NCBI RefSeq assembly: GCF_009914755.1
Contig: NC_060947.1
DNA length: 64,000 nt
Origin: the human T2T-CHM13v2.0 reference genome, Homo sapiens
Reading direction: 5' to 3' (one strand)
Below the pieces are notes generated by a model. That model was given only the letters and a program-made list of their open reading frames with translations, had not been told where the DNA came from and did no database searches. Every line of letters starts with the position of its first letter. Position 1 is the stretch's first letter. Made by a program: the position numbers and the translations under genes. Shown here piece after piece: positions 40,701 to 54,603 of this stretch.

Positions 40701-43700
40701 TTCTTAGAAAACTATGAAGAGACTTAGATAACCACACAATAATAGTGTTAGGCTTCAATATCCCACTGAGAGTATTAGACAGATCATTGAGGCAGAAAAC
40801 TAACAGAACTATTTGGGAACTGAATTCAACCCTTGACCAAATGGACCTAGCAGGCATCTACAGAATTTCCACTCCAAAACAACACAATACACATAATTAT
40901 TACCTGCATATGACAAATAATATAAAATTGAGCGAATAATAGGATATAGAACAATTCTCAGCAAATTCAAAAAACTGAAATGATACCAACCACACTACTG
41001 GATCAAATGCAATTAGAATAGAAATCAATACTAAGAGGATTGCTCAGAACTATACGATTACATTAATCAACCTGCTCCTGTATGGCTTTTAGGTAAACAA
41101 TGAAATTAAGGCAGAAATCAAGAAAGTCTTTGAAACTAATGAGAACAATGATGCAACATGCCAGAACCTCTGGGACACTGCTTAATCAGTGTTAAAAGGA
41201 AGGTGTATAGTGCTAAATGCTGAAATAATAAAGCTAGAAAGATCATAAATGAAGCACCTAATATCATGCCTAGAGGAACTAGAAGAAGAAGAGAAAACCA
41301 ACCACAAAGCTGGCAGAAGACAAGAAATTACCAAAATTAGAGCTGAACTGAATGAAAATGAGATATGGAAAACTATACAGTAAATCAGTGAATCACAGTG
41401 ATGGTTGTTTGAAAGAATAAATAAAAAAAGATAGGCCAATAGCTAGACTAATAAAAAAGAGAGAAGAGCCAAATAAACTCAATCAGAAATTGCAAAGGGG
41501 GCATTACCACTGATACTCCAGAAACACATAAAGCTGTCAGAGACTATTATGTGCACAAACTAGAAAACTTAGAAGAAATGAATAATTACTGGAAACATGC
41601 AACCTCTTAAGGTTGAACCAGGAAGAAATTGAATCCCTGTAGAGACCAAAAATGAATTTTGAAATTGAATCAGTAATAAAAAGCTTACCAACCAGGAAAA
41701 GCCCAGGATGAGACAGATTCACTGATGAATTCTACCAGGTGTATAAAGAAGAGCTGGTATCAAACCTACAAAAACTATTCCAAAAAATGAGGAGGATGGA
41801 CACCTGCATCACTCATTCTACAAGGCCAGCATCATTCCGGTACCAAACCTTGCAGAGACACAAGAAAAACAATAAAAGTTCCAGCAAATATTATTGAGGA
41901 ACATAGACACAAAAATATTTAACAAAATACTAGCAAACCAAATCCAGCAGCACATCTAAAAGCTAATCAGCCAGTCAACTTGGCTTTATCCATGGGATTC
42001 AAGGTTGGTTCAACATACAGAAATCGATAAATGTGATTCATTACATGAACATAACCAAAAAGAAGAACCACATAATCATCTCAATAGATGCACAATAGGA
42101 TTTTGAGAAAATTCAACATCACTTCACATTAAAAACCCTCAACAAACTAGGCATTAAAGGAACATACCTCAAAATAATAAGAGCCTTCTATGACAAACCT
42201 ATAGCTAACATCATACTGAACAGACAAAAGCTGGAAGCATTCCCCTCGAGAATCAGATAAAGACAAAGATTCCCATTCTTATTATTCCTATTCAACATAG
42301 TATTGGAAGTCCTAGCCAGAGTAATCAGGCAAGAGAAATAAATAAATAGCATCCAAATAGGTAGAGAGGAAGTCAAACTATCACTCTTTGCAGATGATAT
42401 GATTATATATCAAGAAAACTCCTATAATCTCTGCCCAGTATCTCCTAGATCTGATGAACAACTGCAGCAAAGTTTCAGGATACAAAATCAATGTACAGAA
42501 ATCAGTACCATTTCTACACACAAACACTGACCAAGCTGATAGCCAAATCAAGAATGAAATCACATTCACAAAAGCCACAAAAAGAATAAAATATCTAGAA
42601 ATGCAGCAAACAAAGGAGGTGAAAGACCTCTAGAATGAGAATTACAAAACAGTGTTGAAAGAAATCAAAGATCACACAAACAAATGGAAAATCATTCTAT
42701 GCTCATGGATGGAAATAATTTGTCTTATTAAAATGGCCACACTGCCCAAAGCAATTTACAGATTCAATGTTATTCCAATCAAACCACCAATGACATGCTT
42801 CACAGAACTAGAAGAAAACTTGCAAAATTTATGTGGAACCATAAAGGCACCTGAATAACCAAAGCAATCCTGTGGAAAGAGAATAAAGTTGGTGATATCA
42901 CACTACCTAATGTCAAACTATATTATAAGGCTACAGTAATGAAAAGAGCATGGTACTGGTACAAAAACAGACAGATCAATGGAACAGGTAAAAGATACTG
43001 GAAGTAAAGCCAGACACCTACAACCATCTGTTCTTTGGAAAAGAGGACAAAAACAAGCAATGTAAAAAGGAGTTTTTATTTAATAAATTGTGCTGGACTA
43101 ACTGCCTAGCCATATGCAGCAGGCTGAAACCCCCTGCTTACACCATATACAAACATTAAGTCAAGGTGGATTAAACACTTGAGTGTAAAATGTAAATCTC
43201 TAAAATTCCTGAAAGATAACCTAGGAAAATCCGTTCTGGACATGGGTCCTTGCAAAGATTTAATGAAAAAGACCACAGGAGAAATTGCAACAAAACCAAA
43301 AATTGACAAGTGGCACCTAATTAAACTAAAGAGTTTCTGCACAGCAGGAGAAAATAGCAACAGAGTAAACAGACACCCTACAGAATGGGAGAAAGTATTT
43401 GCAAACTATGCAGCTGACAAAGGTCTACTATTCAAAATCTATAAGAAATTTCAACAAATTAACAAGCAAAAAACACACAAAAAAACCATTAAAATGGGCA
43501 AAGGACATGAACAGACACTTCTCAGAAGAAGACATACAACAAGCATATGAAAAATGCTCAACAGCACTAATCATTATAAAAATGTAAATCACAACAATGA
43601 GATACCATCTCACACCAGTCAGAATGGCTATTATTAAAAAGGCAGAAAATAACAGAAGCTGGTGTTGTTATAGAGGAAAGGGAATGCTTATACACTGTTG

Positions 43701-44302
43701 GTGGGTATGTAAATTAGTTTAGCCATTGTGGAAAGCAGTGTGGTGATTTCTTAAAAAACTTAAAACAGAATTATCATTCGACTCAGCAATGCCATTACTT
43801 AGTATATAGCCAAAGGATTATAAATCATTCTACCATAAAGACACATGTATTTGTGTGCTCACTGCAGCACTATTCACAAAAGCAAGGACATAGAATCAAC
43901 CTAAATGTTCATCAATAGCAGATTGGATAAATACACCACAGAATACTATGTAGCCATAAAAGAGAATGAGATCATTACCTTTGCAACAACATGCAAGAAG
44001 CTGGAGGCCATTATCCTAAGTGAAATAATGCAGGAAAAGAAAACTCAGTAGTGCATGTTCTCACTTATATGTGGGAGCTAAACCTTGAGTATATGTGGAT
44101 ACAAAGAAGAGAACAAGAGACACCAGGGCCTAGTTGAGAGTGGAGAGTGGGAACAGAGTGAGGACTGAAAAACTACCTATCAGGTACTATGCTTATTACC
44201 TGAGTGGTGAAATAATCTGTACACCAAACCCTCATGACGTACAATTTACCTGTATAACAAACCTGCACATGTACCCCTGAACCTATAGTAAAAGTATAAA
44301 AA
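37789..44302 (+). mobile_element. Full-length LINE-1, L1PA15/16-like, decayed
   Basis: 5'UTR start 'atggcttactagacacagccaggaggaacatctc'; ORF1 remnant EFQPRVLYPAKLSFISKGEIK (39926..40267); ORF2 ~40320-44081; 3' end 'aaaaactacctatcaggtactatgcttattacctg...gtacccctgaacct'. Confidence 0.92.
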
Positions 44303-44569
44303 ATTGTTGAATGAATAATCAAACTTTAAATTTAACCCTCAACTACCATGTGAGGTCAGTGTGATTATTCCTAACATTTCATAATCAATAAAGATACTTA
44401 GATTCACTGAGTTTAAGTAACTCTCCTGAGGGTACATTGCTAATAAGCGACAAAGCCACATCCCTCTTATGTTGAATGTCTTCTCAGAAAACAAATGCCA
44501 CTATAATTTGATTAAAAGTAATAGGATATGTTAGTTATCCACAATCACTTAATTTATGGTTTTCTCAAG

Positions 44570-45510
44570 ATATGAATCAGTTTCTTGTCAACACTTCGCT
44601 TAAAAACATTTCAATAGTTTTCCATTGCACTTAGAATAAAATCCAAACTTTCAGCAGGTCCTTCAATACCTTGCATGATCTTTAACTTCATCTGGCGTCT
44701 CTTTTCTTTTTACTCACAACATTCTAGTCATACAGACTGTCTTTCTTTCTTTGTATCTCAAACACTAAATTACCCCTCCTCCCACCCCATCTTAGAGTTT
44801 TGCATTTGCCATTTTCTTCTTTTGAAAAACTTCCCTTTTTTCATGACTGGTCTCATATTCAGATCTCAGCTTAGAGAGGATTCTAAGGTCTGAATGTTGG
44901 TGGCCTCCAAAGTTCACTTGTTGGAACTTAATACCCAATGTGACAATAATAAGAAATGGGGCCTTTGGGAAATCATTGAGTTCACGAGGGCTCCATCCTC
45001 ATGAATGAGATTAGTGCCCTTATCAAAGAGGATCCTGGGAGTTACCTTGCCTCTTCGGTTACCTGAGAAAACAGTTAACCATCTAGGAAGCAGAGAGCCA
45101 GCCCTTGCAAGACACCAAATGTACTTTTACCTTGATTTTGGACTACCCAGCCTCCAGGACTGTAAGCAATATATTTCTATTGTTTATAAATTACCTAGTT
45201 TAAGCTATTTTGTTAAAATAGCCTGAACTAAGACAGAAGACTTTCCTGATGATCTTAATCTTCCCATCGCCACACTTATTACTGTATCCCAGTATCCTGT
45301 TTTATTTTCCTTATGGCATTTAATGCTTTAGAATTACATTTTATTTTTATTCGTTTAGTTTCACCTTCACGTTCTATTTCCTCTACAATGTAAGCTCCAC
45401 AAAGATGGGAACCTTATCTCTCTTGTGGTTGCTATACCTTAGCACCTAGAGTAGTGACTGGCACATAGAAGCCACCTGGAAATAATTATTGGATGATGAT
45501 GATGTTGAAT
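44570..45510 (+). mobile_element. L2 fragment interrupted by a MaLR LTR
   Basis: 'ccattgcacttagaataaaatccaaact' and 'aatgtaagctccac...tagcacctagagtagtgactggcacatag'. Confidence 0.75.
44881..45235 (+). mobile_element. Solo MaLR LTR (MSTC/MSTD/MLT1A-like)
   Basis: 'ggtctgaatgt...ggggcctttgggaa...gagggctccatcctcatgaatgagattagtgcccttat...actaagaca'; TSD gagga/gaaga. Confidence 0.82.
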
Positions 45511-45514
45511 AAAA

Positions 45515-45730
45515 TTATCATTTGTTGTGTTCTTATTATGTATCATGTACTGTGTTGTATTATTCCTCAAAAATCCAATGACAGATGTATAGTTTATAGG
45601 CCTATTTTACAAACAACGAAACTAAGAAACAGAGAAAATCAACAATTTACCTGTAACCACTGCTGCTAAGAAGGAATGTATTCATAATAAGTTCCAGGTG
45701 ACTTAGTTTGAGTGGTAGTGTTCTTAACTC
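45515..45730 (-). mobile_element. MIR
   Basis: 'cctattttacaaacaacgaaactaagaaacagaga'. Confidence 0.6.
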
Positions 45731-46442
45731 CAATTTTGAATGAAAGAAGAATAAATGATTTAGTTAATGAGTTTTCTACCCTAAATGGTCTCAGAACCAT
45801 GATCTTGTCTTTATTTCATATTCCAACTTAAGTGGTGTAATATGCTTAACAATGGGTGGAATAAATCAGTTCTGAGAAGCACTAAGGAAAGCACAATGAA
45901 GGAACCTGCTGCAACTGAGCTTTTAATGTATCTGGATCCTATTACACTTGCTTATTGAAATTACCAAGATTCCACAATTTTCCACTTCCTAGATCAACCT
46001 TATCCTAAAAGGGGGAAATCAGGAACTCGGCTCTTTAGTACAGCAATCTACACATAAAATAGTTTTTCTGTAACTTATACTTCAGAGATTTCAGTTATAC
46101 AATCCCACTTACAGCCATAGGTTTCTATTTTGACAACCCTTGATAAATCTAGATTTGATCTTCTCTTTTCTTGTTGCAACTTATTAAATACTGCATATAG
46201 AAAACATTCTTTTATTCTGAAGTTTATACCATTTTCTATTGAATCTTACATATGGAGTACAATTGGTTTCGTATCAAGAAGAAAGAGACAATTGTCTAAA
46301 ATGCTTCTTTCCTAGCTCTTTACATAAATGGCTCACTTCCCAGCTAGAGAAGCAGGAGTTCTCACTATGCTTCACCTCATCTTGCTTCAAGTAATTCCAC
46401 ATGCTGGAAATTGCATCCTCATCCCTGATATCAATTATTCCA

Positions 46443-46900
46443 TTAACTAAGATCCTTTGGTTGTAAGTAGCAAAAACCAAATCTAACTGGATTAGGCAAG
46501 AAAAAACGTAGAAATAGAATGTGAGGATAAGTAATTGCCTTACTGAGCTGAAGGGCAAGGGTTTACCCAGGACTCAGAAGGAGACTGGATCCAAAGCTGG
46601 AAAAGGCTTCAGTAAGTGTTAATCCAACTCTCTCATCTTTGCTTATATCTGCTCATCTATTTTGTTCTCTTTTTTCTCTTCAGTTAGGCATTTTCTGCTT
46701 GTCCTATTCAGGAAGCTATGGCTGCCCTTCAGCTCCTAATGTACATTTTATATTTCCAACTGGAGACTGACTAATGTTAAATCCTAATTCCAAATTCCCT
46801 GGGGAAATATTCTTATTTAAGTAATTGTGATCAAGCTTTCCCATCTGGTTCAATTAGCCATGATCTTGAGTGTGCAATCACAAAGTTAAAAAAATGACTT
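46443..46900 (-). mobile_element. Old MLT1-type LTR, degenerate
   Basis: 'gatcctttggttgtaagtagcaaaaaccaaatctaactggattaggcaag' resembles the antisense MLT1 3' terminus. Confidence 0.45.
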
Positions 46901-48089
46901 CTGGGAGCTCACTCCTATGTATTGGTAGCAGGAGTAGACATTAGCTATTTTCAGAGAAAGCTAGATGAACTGAACAGACACATCAATACCCCACTATTCT
47001 TGATTGTACTTTATGTAGGCAACATCCCTTTTTTTAAAAAAAAAAAAAGATCTCTAAACTAACAATACAGATAGGTTATAATTAAGCATAGGGAAGGGTT
47101 TTTTATAAATTATGAAACTATCCCAATACATTTCATATAACATATTTGCATACAACTCTTCAGAAATTCCTTTATTGCACAATATGGAATGTATCTTTAT
47201 AGAGTTATACAAGGTGGTATTAATGGCCTGTTTTCTAAGGAGTGAGAAAATATTATTTTATACAATATTGCATCTCTAACTTTTCAAACATAGTTTTACT
47301 GTAGTTGAATGATAAAATATTTCAAACTTAAGTACTTTATTATTATTCTATTTATTTTTTACAAGTATAGGCAATATCCAGATTGGTGTGTAATTTGGGC
47401 AATTGTAGCAGGGATCAGAATACACCATTAGGCAGGTTGTTCTTGTTGATTTTGTTATGCCTATGTTATGCATCTATTTTTCTCCTCAGTTGTTTGAATA
47501 ATTTTATATTAATCAGAATTCTTTATTCATCCTCAAATTCTTCTTTTCAAGTCCATGTCTATATTGGAAGTCTTTAGCAGAAAGCTGAGATTAACACATG
47601 ATTTCAGGAACTACCTAAATACAGATAATTCCTAGATATACATCTCTAATGCAAACCTCTCTCTCTGTTTTCTTTCACATTCTCAGTCACACATGGGACA
47701 TTTTTCTTTTAAGTCTTAATGACATCTTAAATTTAATATACTTCTAATCTCCTACCAAGTCACCCTTTATACATTTTTTCGTTACCATAATTGGCTTCAC
47801 CAATCTTCTAGCTTCCCAAATTCTATCTTTCATCTTTCACACTATCAAGATCTGTCCATTTCCCACCCCTGCCAAATATATTTTTGCTTCTCTACTCTCA
47901 TTCTACATTTTTGCCACCACTTTGGTCCTTATCATGGAAGTCACAGATTATAGCAATAGAGAAATCTCTAACATCTCTCCACTCCAAGGTATGGTATATA
48001 ATTTTGAAAAAACATCTTTGGCAAATGAAATGTTTTTTAGCCACTCCAATTTTTGTTACTGTAAACATTACATTCAATAACAAGGAGAA

Positions 48090-48340
48090 GAATAATAATA
48101 AATGGCTAACACTTGCATAGTACTTAGCAATGTTCTGGCTCTATTTTAAGTACTTTACATATATTGATTCCTTTAATTTCCAACAACATAAAGGTAAATT
48201 GCCAATATTAGTTCAATTTACAGATGAAGAACCTGGCGGGTAGAGAAGTTAAACAACTTAAGATTTTATAGCTAATAAGGAAGGTTTTCTGAATTAACCT
48301 ATCAGACTCTTCCACTTATTACTCTTAGCTACTTACCATA
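48090..48340 (-). mobile_element. MIR
   Basis: 'atggctaacacttgcatagtactt...aagtactttacatatatt...tttacagatgaagaacctgg...agagaagttaaacaactt'. Confidence 0.78.
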
Positions 48341-49009
48341 CTTGTTCCCCATAGTACATCACTGATCTTATTTCTTCAGGAGTGACTGTAGGTCCCACTG
48401 AAACACTGTTCAAGTGAAAGGGCCCATCAGTAGAACCAGAGGCTGCACTTACTCTAAGGGCAGCAACATGTTTGTTTAGTTTCTAAATCAGCTGGATATG
48501 CCAATATGTTTTCAGTTATGGCCATGGTAACCCTATCCCTCACTTAAATGGAAGAGATAAGAATAGATTGCCACACAGATTTATAAACAGAGAGATTTAC
48601 TTGGCAGATATTAATGTGGCCTTAACCTCTCCAGGTTTAGCAGCTGGACTCAGACACTATAATGGTTGTTGTGCCACTCTTCAGTGTGTGGCTAGTCCAA
48701 ACTGCCTCCTGTTCTTGGGGGAATCCAGTCATCTGTATAGTAAGTGAGTTGTCATATGAATATTATGTTGCAAATTTCTCATTTGCAAAGATCTATCCTT
48801 GCCAGCTCACCTAAAGAAAGCTGTCAAAAGTCAAACTCTTACTCTAAAAACCCCAGAATCAGCACTGCCAGCACAGAAGAGTCCTTACTTAGCTCTCTGC
48901 ATCTCCATTGTGCCTCCTGTCATTTCTAAGAAATGTTAGATTTCTTACCAAGCAGGAATAGAGGAGATTGGAGATTAAATTATCTGAGCTCGTGAAGAAA
49001 AGCAATATA

Positions 49010-49245
49010 ACATAGTAGAGAGGATAAATAAAAAGCAGACAGGAACCAGGTAGAACTACATTTGATTTTAGGCTTTTCCATTTACTGTCTCTACAGCTAA
49101 GAACAAGCTGTATGACTTCCCTGAGCCTCATAAACTTATCTTCAAAATAATAGGTCCTAATTTATGAACTGCTGTGCAGATTAAATGGCATACCACACAT
49201 AAAGTACCTTGCACAGTGCCTGGCCTTCGATAAATAAAGGATATT
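49010..49245 (+). mobile_element. MIR
   Basis: 'acttccctgagcctca...gattaaatgg...taaagtaccttgcacagtgcctggc'. Confidence 0.72.
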
Positions 49246-49257
49246 TAGAGTGATATT

Positions 49258-52086
49258 CAAAGTCTATCTGAAACAAGGCAAGTCTTTTCTGCCTATGAGC
49301 TGCTAAAATCAAACACAAGTTAGTTCCTTCCAAGATACAATGGGGATACCAACTTTGGGTAAATACATCCATTTAAAGTGAGAGAAATTGGCCGTAACAA
49401 AGGGACTACAGGCCCCATGGAAGTCCGAAATTCAACAGGGCAATTATTAAATCTTAAAGCTCCAAAATGATATCCTTTAACTCCATGTCTCACATCTAGT
49501 TCCCACTGATGCAAGAGGTGAGCTCCCAAGGACAGATCTGACTCTGTGGCTTTGCAGTATACAGCCCCCCTCTAGGCTGCTTTCATGGGCTAGCATTGAG
49601 TGGCTGCAGCTTTTCCAGGTACACAGTACAAGCTCTTGGTGAATCTGTCATTCTGGTTTCTGCTTATTATAGCTCCACTAGGCAGTGCTCCAGTGGGGCC
49701 TCTGTGTAGGGGCGCCAAACCAATATTTCCCTTCTGCACAGCCTTAGCAGAAGTTCTCCATGAGGGCTTCACACTTGCAGCAAAATTCTGCCTAGACATA
49801 CAGGCATTTCCATACATTCTGTAAAATCTAGGCGGTGGGTCCCCAATCTCAGTTCTTGACTTCTGTGCACCTGCAGGTCCAACACCATGTGTAAGCTGTC
49901 AAGGCTTGGGGATTGCACCCTCTGAAGTAATGGCCTGAGCTGTATCTTGGACTCTTTTAGCCACAGCTGGAGCTGAAACAGCTGGGACACACAGCACCAT
50001 GTCCTGAGGCTGCATAGAGCAGGTGAGCCCTGGGCCCAGCTCATGAAACCATCTTTCCCTTCTAGGCCTCTAGGCCTGTGATTGGTGGGGATGCTGTGAA
50101 GGTCTCTGACATGCCTTGAAGACATTTTCGCATTGTCTTGGTGATTAACATGTGGCTCCTTGTTACTTACGCAAATATCTGAAGCAGGCTTGAATTTCAC
50201 CCCAGAAAATGGGTTTTTCTTTTCTATTGCATTGTTAGGTTTCATAGTTTCCAAAATTTTGTGCTCTGCTTCCTCTTGAATGCTTTGCTGCTTTACAATT
50301 TTTTTCTGCCAGATACCTAAATCATTTCTCACAAGTTCAAAGTTCCAAAGACCTCTAGGGCAGGGGCAAAATGCCACCAGTCTCTTTGCTAAAGCATAGC
50401 AAGAGTGACCCTTACTCCAGTTCCCAACAAGGTTCTTATCTCCATCTAAGACCACCTCAGCCTGGACTTCATTGTCCATATCACTATCAGCATTTAGATC
50501 AAAGCCATTCAACAAGTCTTTAGGAAGTTCCTAACTTATCTGTTGTGAGAAGTCAGGGATCCCGAACGGAGGGACCAGCTGAAGCTGCAGCAGAAGAACA
50601 TAAATTGTGAAGATTTCATGGACATTTATCAGTTCCCAAAATTAATACTTTTATAATTTCTTATGCCTGTCTTTACTGCAATCTCTGAATATAAATTGTG
50701 AAGATTTCATGGACCTTTATCACTTCGCCAATCAATACTCTTATAATTTCCTATGCCTGTCTTTACTTTAATCTCTTAATCCCGTCATCTTCATAAGCTG
50801 AGGATGTATTGTCACCTCAGGATCCTGTGATTGTTTAACTGTACAAATTGTTTGTAAAACATGTGTGTTTGACCAATGTGAAATCAGGGCACCCTGAAAA
50901 GGAACAGAATAACAGCGATCTTCAGGGAACAAGGGAAGATAACCTTAAGGTCTGACTGCCTGCAGGGTCAGGCAGAATAGAGCCATATTTTTCTTCTTGC
51001 AGAAAGCGAGTAGGAGAAATATCGCTGAATTCTTTTCCCAGCAAGGAATAACCCTGGGGAAGGAATGCATTCCCAGGGGTAGGTTTATGAATGGCCATTC
51101 TGGGAGTGTCTGTCTTATGCGGTTGAAGATAAGGGATGAAATATGCCCTGGTCTCCTGCAGTGCCCTCGGGGTTACCAGGATTGGGAAATTCCAGCCTGG
51201 TGAATTCTTGTCAGACCGGCTGTGTGTTCTCGAACCCTGTTTCCTGGTAAGATGTTTATCAAGACAATGCATGCCCAGTGGGACATGGAACCTCATCAGT
51301 AATTCTAATTTCACCCTCTGCCTTGTGATCTTTTATTGCCCTCTGAAACATGTGATCTCTGTGACCCACTCCCTATTCGTACACCCCTCCCCTTTTGAAA
51401 TCCCTAATAAAAACTTGCTGGTTTTGTGGCTCAGGTGGGCATCACAGAACCTGCTGATATGTGATGTCACCCCCGGAGGCTCAGCTGTAAAATTTCTCTT
51501 TGTACTCTTTCTCTTTATTTCTCAGACTAGCTGACACTTAGGGAAAATAGAAAAGAACCTATGCTGAAATATTGGGGGCTGGTTCCCCCAATACTTTTCC
51601 ACATTTTCCTGTGTTCTGAGCCCTCTAAACCATTTCAACCTCTGCCTGTTACCCAGTTCCAAAGTCACTTCCACATTTTCAGGTATCTTTATAGCAGTAA
51701 TCCACTATCTCAGTACCAAGTTACTGTATTAGTTCGTTCTCACACTGCTATGGAGAAATACTTGAGACTGGGTAATTTATCAAGAAAAGTGGTTTAATTG
51801 ACTCACAGTTCCACATGGCTGAAGAGGCCTCAGGAAACTTAGAATCATAGCAGAAGGCACCTCTTCACAGGATGGCAGGAGAGAGAATGAGTACAAGCAG
51901 AGGAAATGCCAGATGCTTATAAAACAATCAGATTTTAAGAGACTCACTCATTATCATGAGAACAGCATGGGCAAACAGTTTCCATGATCCAATTACTTCC
52001 CACAAGTTTCCTCCCATGACACATGGGGATAATGGGAACTACAATTCAAGATGAGATTTGGGTGGGGATACAGCCAAATCCTATCA
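49258..52086 (-). mobile_element. THE1 (C/D-like) MaLR: internal region plus 5' LTR 51725-52086; 3' LTR missing
   Basis: Internal ORF remnant 49769..50515(-) GNWSKGHSCYALAKRLVAFCPCPR; homologous to 20592-22214; LTR tgtattagttcgttctcacactgc...cagccaaatcctatca. Confidence 0.92.
50541..51593 (+). mobile_element. MER11 (B/C-like) solo LTR, HERV-K11/HML-8
   Basis: Starts tgttgtgagaagtcagggatcccgaacggagggacc, ends gaaatattgggggctggttcccccaata; AATAAA near 51406; near-TSD cttatc/cttttc. Confidence 0.93.
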
Positions 52087-52089
52087 ATA

Positions 52090-52903
52090 TGTAAATTCTA
52101 TTTCTAATTTTTTGAGAAATTCCCACTTTGTTTTTCCATGATGACTGTACTAATTTGCATTGCTACCAACAGTGTACAGAGTTTGCTTTTCCCCACATCC
52201 TTGCCAACACACTATCTTTTGTCATTGTGATAATAGTGACTCTAACAGGTGTGAGGTAATATCTCATTGTGGCTTTGATTTGCATTACCATGATGATTAG
52301 TAATGTTGAGCATTTTTTTCTAATGCCTGTTGGTAATTCATATGTTTTCTTTTGAGAAAAGTCTATTCAGATCATTCACTCATTTTTTAAAAAATTGGGT
52401 TATTTGTTTTCTTGCGATTGAGTTGAGTTTCTTAATGTTTTGAATATTAACCCCTGCAGATATATGGTCTGCAAATTTTATCCCATTTTGTAGGTTGTTT
52501 CTTCACTCTGTTGATTGTTTCCTTTGCTGTGCAGAAACATTTTAGTTTGATAAAATCCCATTTGTTTATTTTTGTTTTTGTTGCCTGTACTTTTAGTATT
52601 ATATTCAAAAAATTTATTGCCTAGGCCAATGTCAAGATGCTTTTTTCTATATTTTTTTCTAGTAGTTTTACGTTTTCAAGTTTTAAGTTTTTAATAGCTT
52701 TAAGTTGATTTTTGTTCTTGTGGGAGATAAGGGTCTTATTTCTTTTTTCCCCATGTGGATATTCAGTTTCCTTGACACAATTTATTGAAAAGACTTCCCT
52801 TTCCTTATTATGTGTTTTGGCACCTTTATTAAAGATCAAGTGACCATAAATATGCAGATTTATTTCTGGGCTCTCTATTCTGCTTTATTGATCTTTATGT
52901 CTG
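52090..52903 (-). mobile_element. Old L1 (L1MA-like) ORF2 fragment
   Basis: ORF 52621..52839(-) IFNKGAK...VFSIN; 'ggtgtgaggtaatatctcattgtggctttgatttgcatt'. Confidence 0.82.
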
Positions 52904-53240
52904 CTGAGGCAGGCTGACCTGAAGCCTGGATCTGGATCCTGGGTCCATAGGTGCCAGCTTGGTGCTGCAGTCCGTTGGGGTAGGCCTAGATCCTGGGTTC
53001 ATGGGGGATGATTCAGTGCCAGGGTCTGTAGAGTGGGCCTGGACCTTGGGTCTGCTGGTGTGCAACTGGATACTAGGTTTTCTGGAGCAGGCCTAGGCCC
53101 TCGATCTAATGGAGCTCAGAATCACAGAGACAGGCCTTGACATGGGGCCATGGGATTCAGCCTGGTGCTGAGGCAGGCTTGGAGCCAGGGTTTACTGGGG
53201 CAGACCTTGTGCTGAGGTTCATGATGAAGTCCGGTGCTCA
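52904..53240. repeat. Degenerate GC-rich tandem array (~25-27-bp unit, ggcctggatcctgggtc...), probably L1M 5' region
   Basis: Recurring ggcct(g/a)ga(t/g)cc(t/a)gggt motifs, e.g. near 52923, 52983, 53036, 53176. Confidence 0.55.
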
Positions 53241-53254
53241 CTTCACTCTTCTTT

Positions 53255-53590
53255 CTCTTTATTGAGATATAATTCGTATGCCATAAATCCACCATTCTAA
53301 AGAGTACAACTCAGTCATTTTTAGTATATACACAAAGTTGTGCAGCCATAAATACTATCTGGTTTCAGAACATTATCATCGCTGTGAATGGAAACACTGT
53401 ACCCATAGCAGTTACTCCTCATTAGCAGCTCTTACCATTTTTTCTTCTCTTTGTCTCTGAGAAAACACTAATCTACTTTCTCTGCATATAAATTAATCTA
53501 TTCTGAACATTTCAGATAGTCTTTTGTGTCTGGATTTTTAAACTTTTATTACTTAGATAATACCTTTAGGGTTTATCCATCTTATAGTTC
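53255..53590 (-). mobile_element. L1MB-like 3' end
   Basis: 'tttattgagatataattc...agtacaactcagtcatttttagtatatacacaaagttgtgcagccat'. Confidence 0.72.
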
Positions 53591-54603
53591 TGAAGAATAA
53601 AAGTGATGAAGGAAATAATAGTTAAACTCTTACTGACACTGTTATTTTGAGGCCAAATCTATTTTAGAGTTTTAGTAGTGTCCTTTGTGGGTATGTTTAT
53701 TGGGAGCTAGGATTCTTAAAGTCTAATTTTTAGCCCAGTTAACTTTCCCTTCATACCAGTTATAGATTTTATGCTCAATCTTTATCATGTGTTACTCATG
53801 GATTATATTTGCTTCATGGAGGGAAGTAAAAGGAATGAAATGGGAAAAACACTACCATTTATTGAGGACATATTATTTCCAAGGACTTGCACATACATGA
53901 TAGTATTTAGTGCCGTAAAAATGTGAGATAGGTAGTAAGTGTATTTTTACTTTTATAAAACTATGCCCATTTTGCACAATAAGTAAATGGGGGTTTTAAA
54001 TTCAAATTTCCCAGAATACATGCTGCATTCACTATAGCACACTTTAATCAGAATTGTTTAAAAGGAACAATGGCATTACTGATAATAAGATTAAAATATA
54101 ACAAACAGTAACATAAATATAACATAAATAACAATATCATTAATAATATAAAATTAATTCCTACATTTCTCAATGGTTTGCACTACTTAATTATGTATGC
54201 CAGTTATAAAATATTTATGCCTAATTCATTTAAATAATTATAATATTAAATTTACCTAAGGCATGTGCTCTTGTAAAATATTAGTAGTTAAATAAATCCT
54301 CTTATTCTTTGTATTCCTATAAAGGATTTACTGCAAACACTCACATTTCCCAATGTGACTCAGAAACTTAGATAAGACTTCTACATAATGCCCTTGCTTA
54401 CCCAGGGCATGGCCAGATAGATCATCCAAATTCTCAATTTTGCCACATACATTATTTGCTGAACTGTTTGTCTCCACTGATCAATGGAAACAAAATAATT
54501 TTTAACTTGTCATGACCAAAATGTAAGCTTCTCTTCCCCTATAAGACTCTTAAGTTTGATGCATCCTTAGCCTAAGCCAACATTAAAATGTGAAATAGCT
54601 CCT

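Noticed and set aside
49769-50515. 248-aa ORF, the longest in the window
   Set aside because: It is the known MaLR/THE1 internal ORF remnant, drifts out of frame, and is homologous to decayed sequence at 20592-22214; not a host gene.
50595-50780. ~90-bp tandem duplication (ataaattgtgaagatttcatggac...)
   Set aside because: As I recall, this is a standard feature of MER11B/C consensus sequences.
52904-53240. Spaced GC-rich repeats superficially like a CRISPR array or minisatellite system
   Set aside because: Eukaryotic context, units highly degenerate and without distinct spacers; most likely an L1M 5' region repeat.
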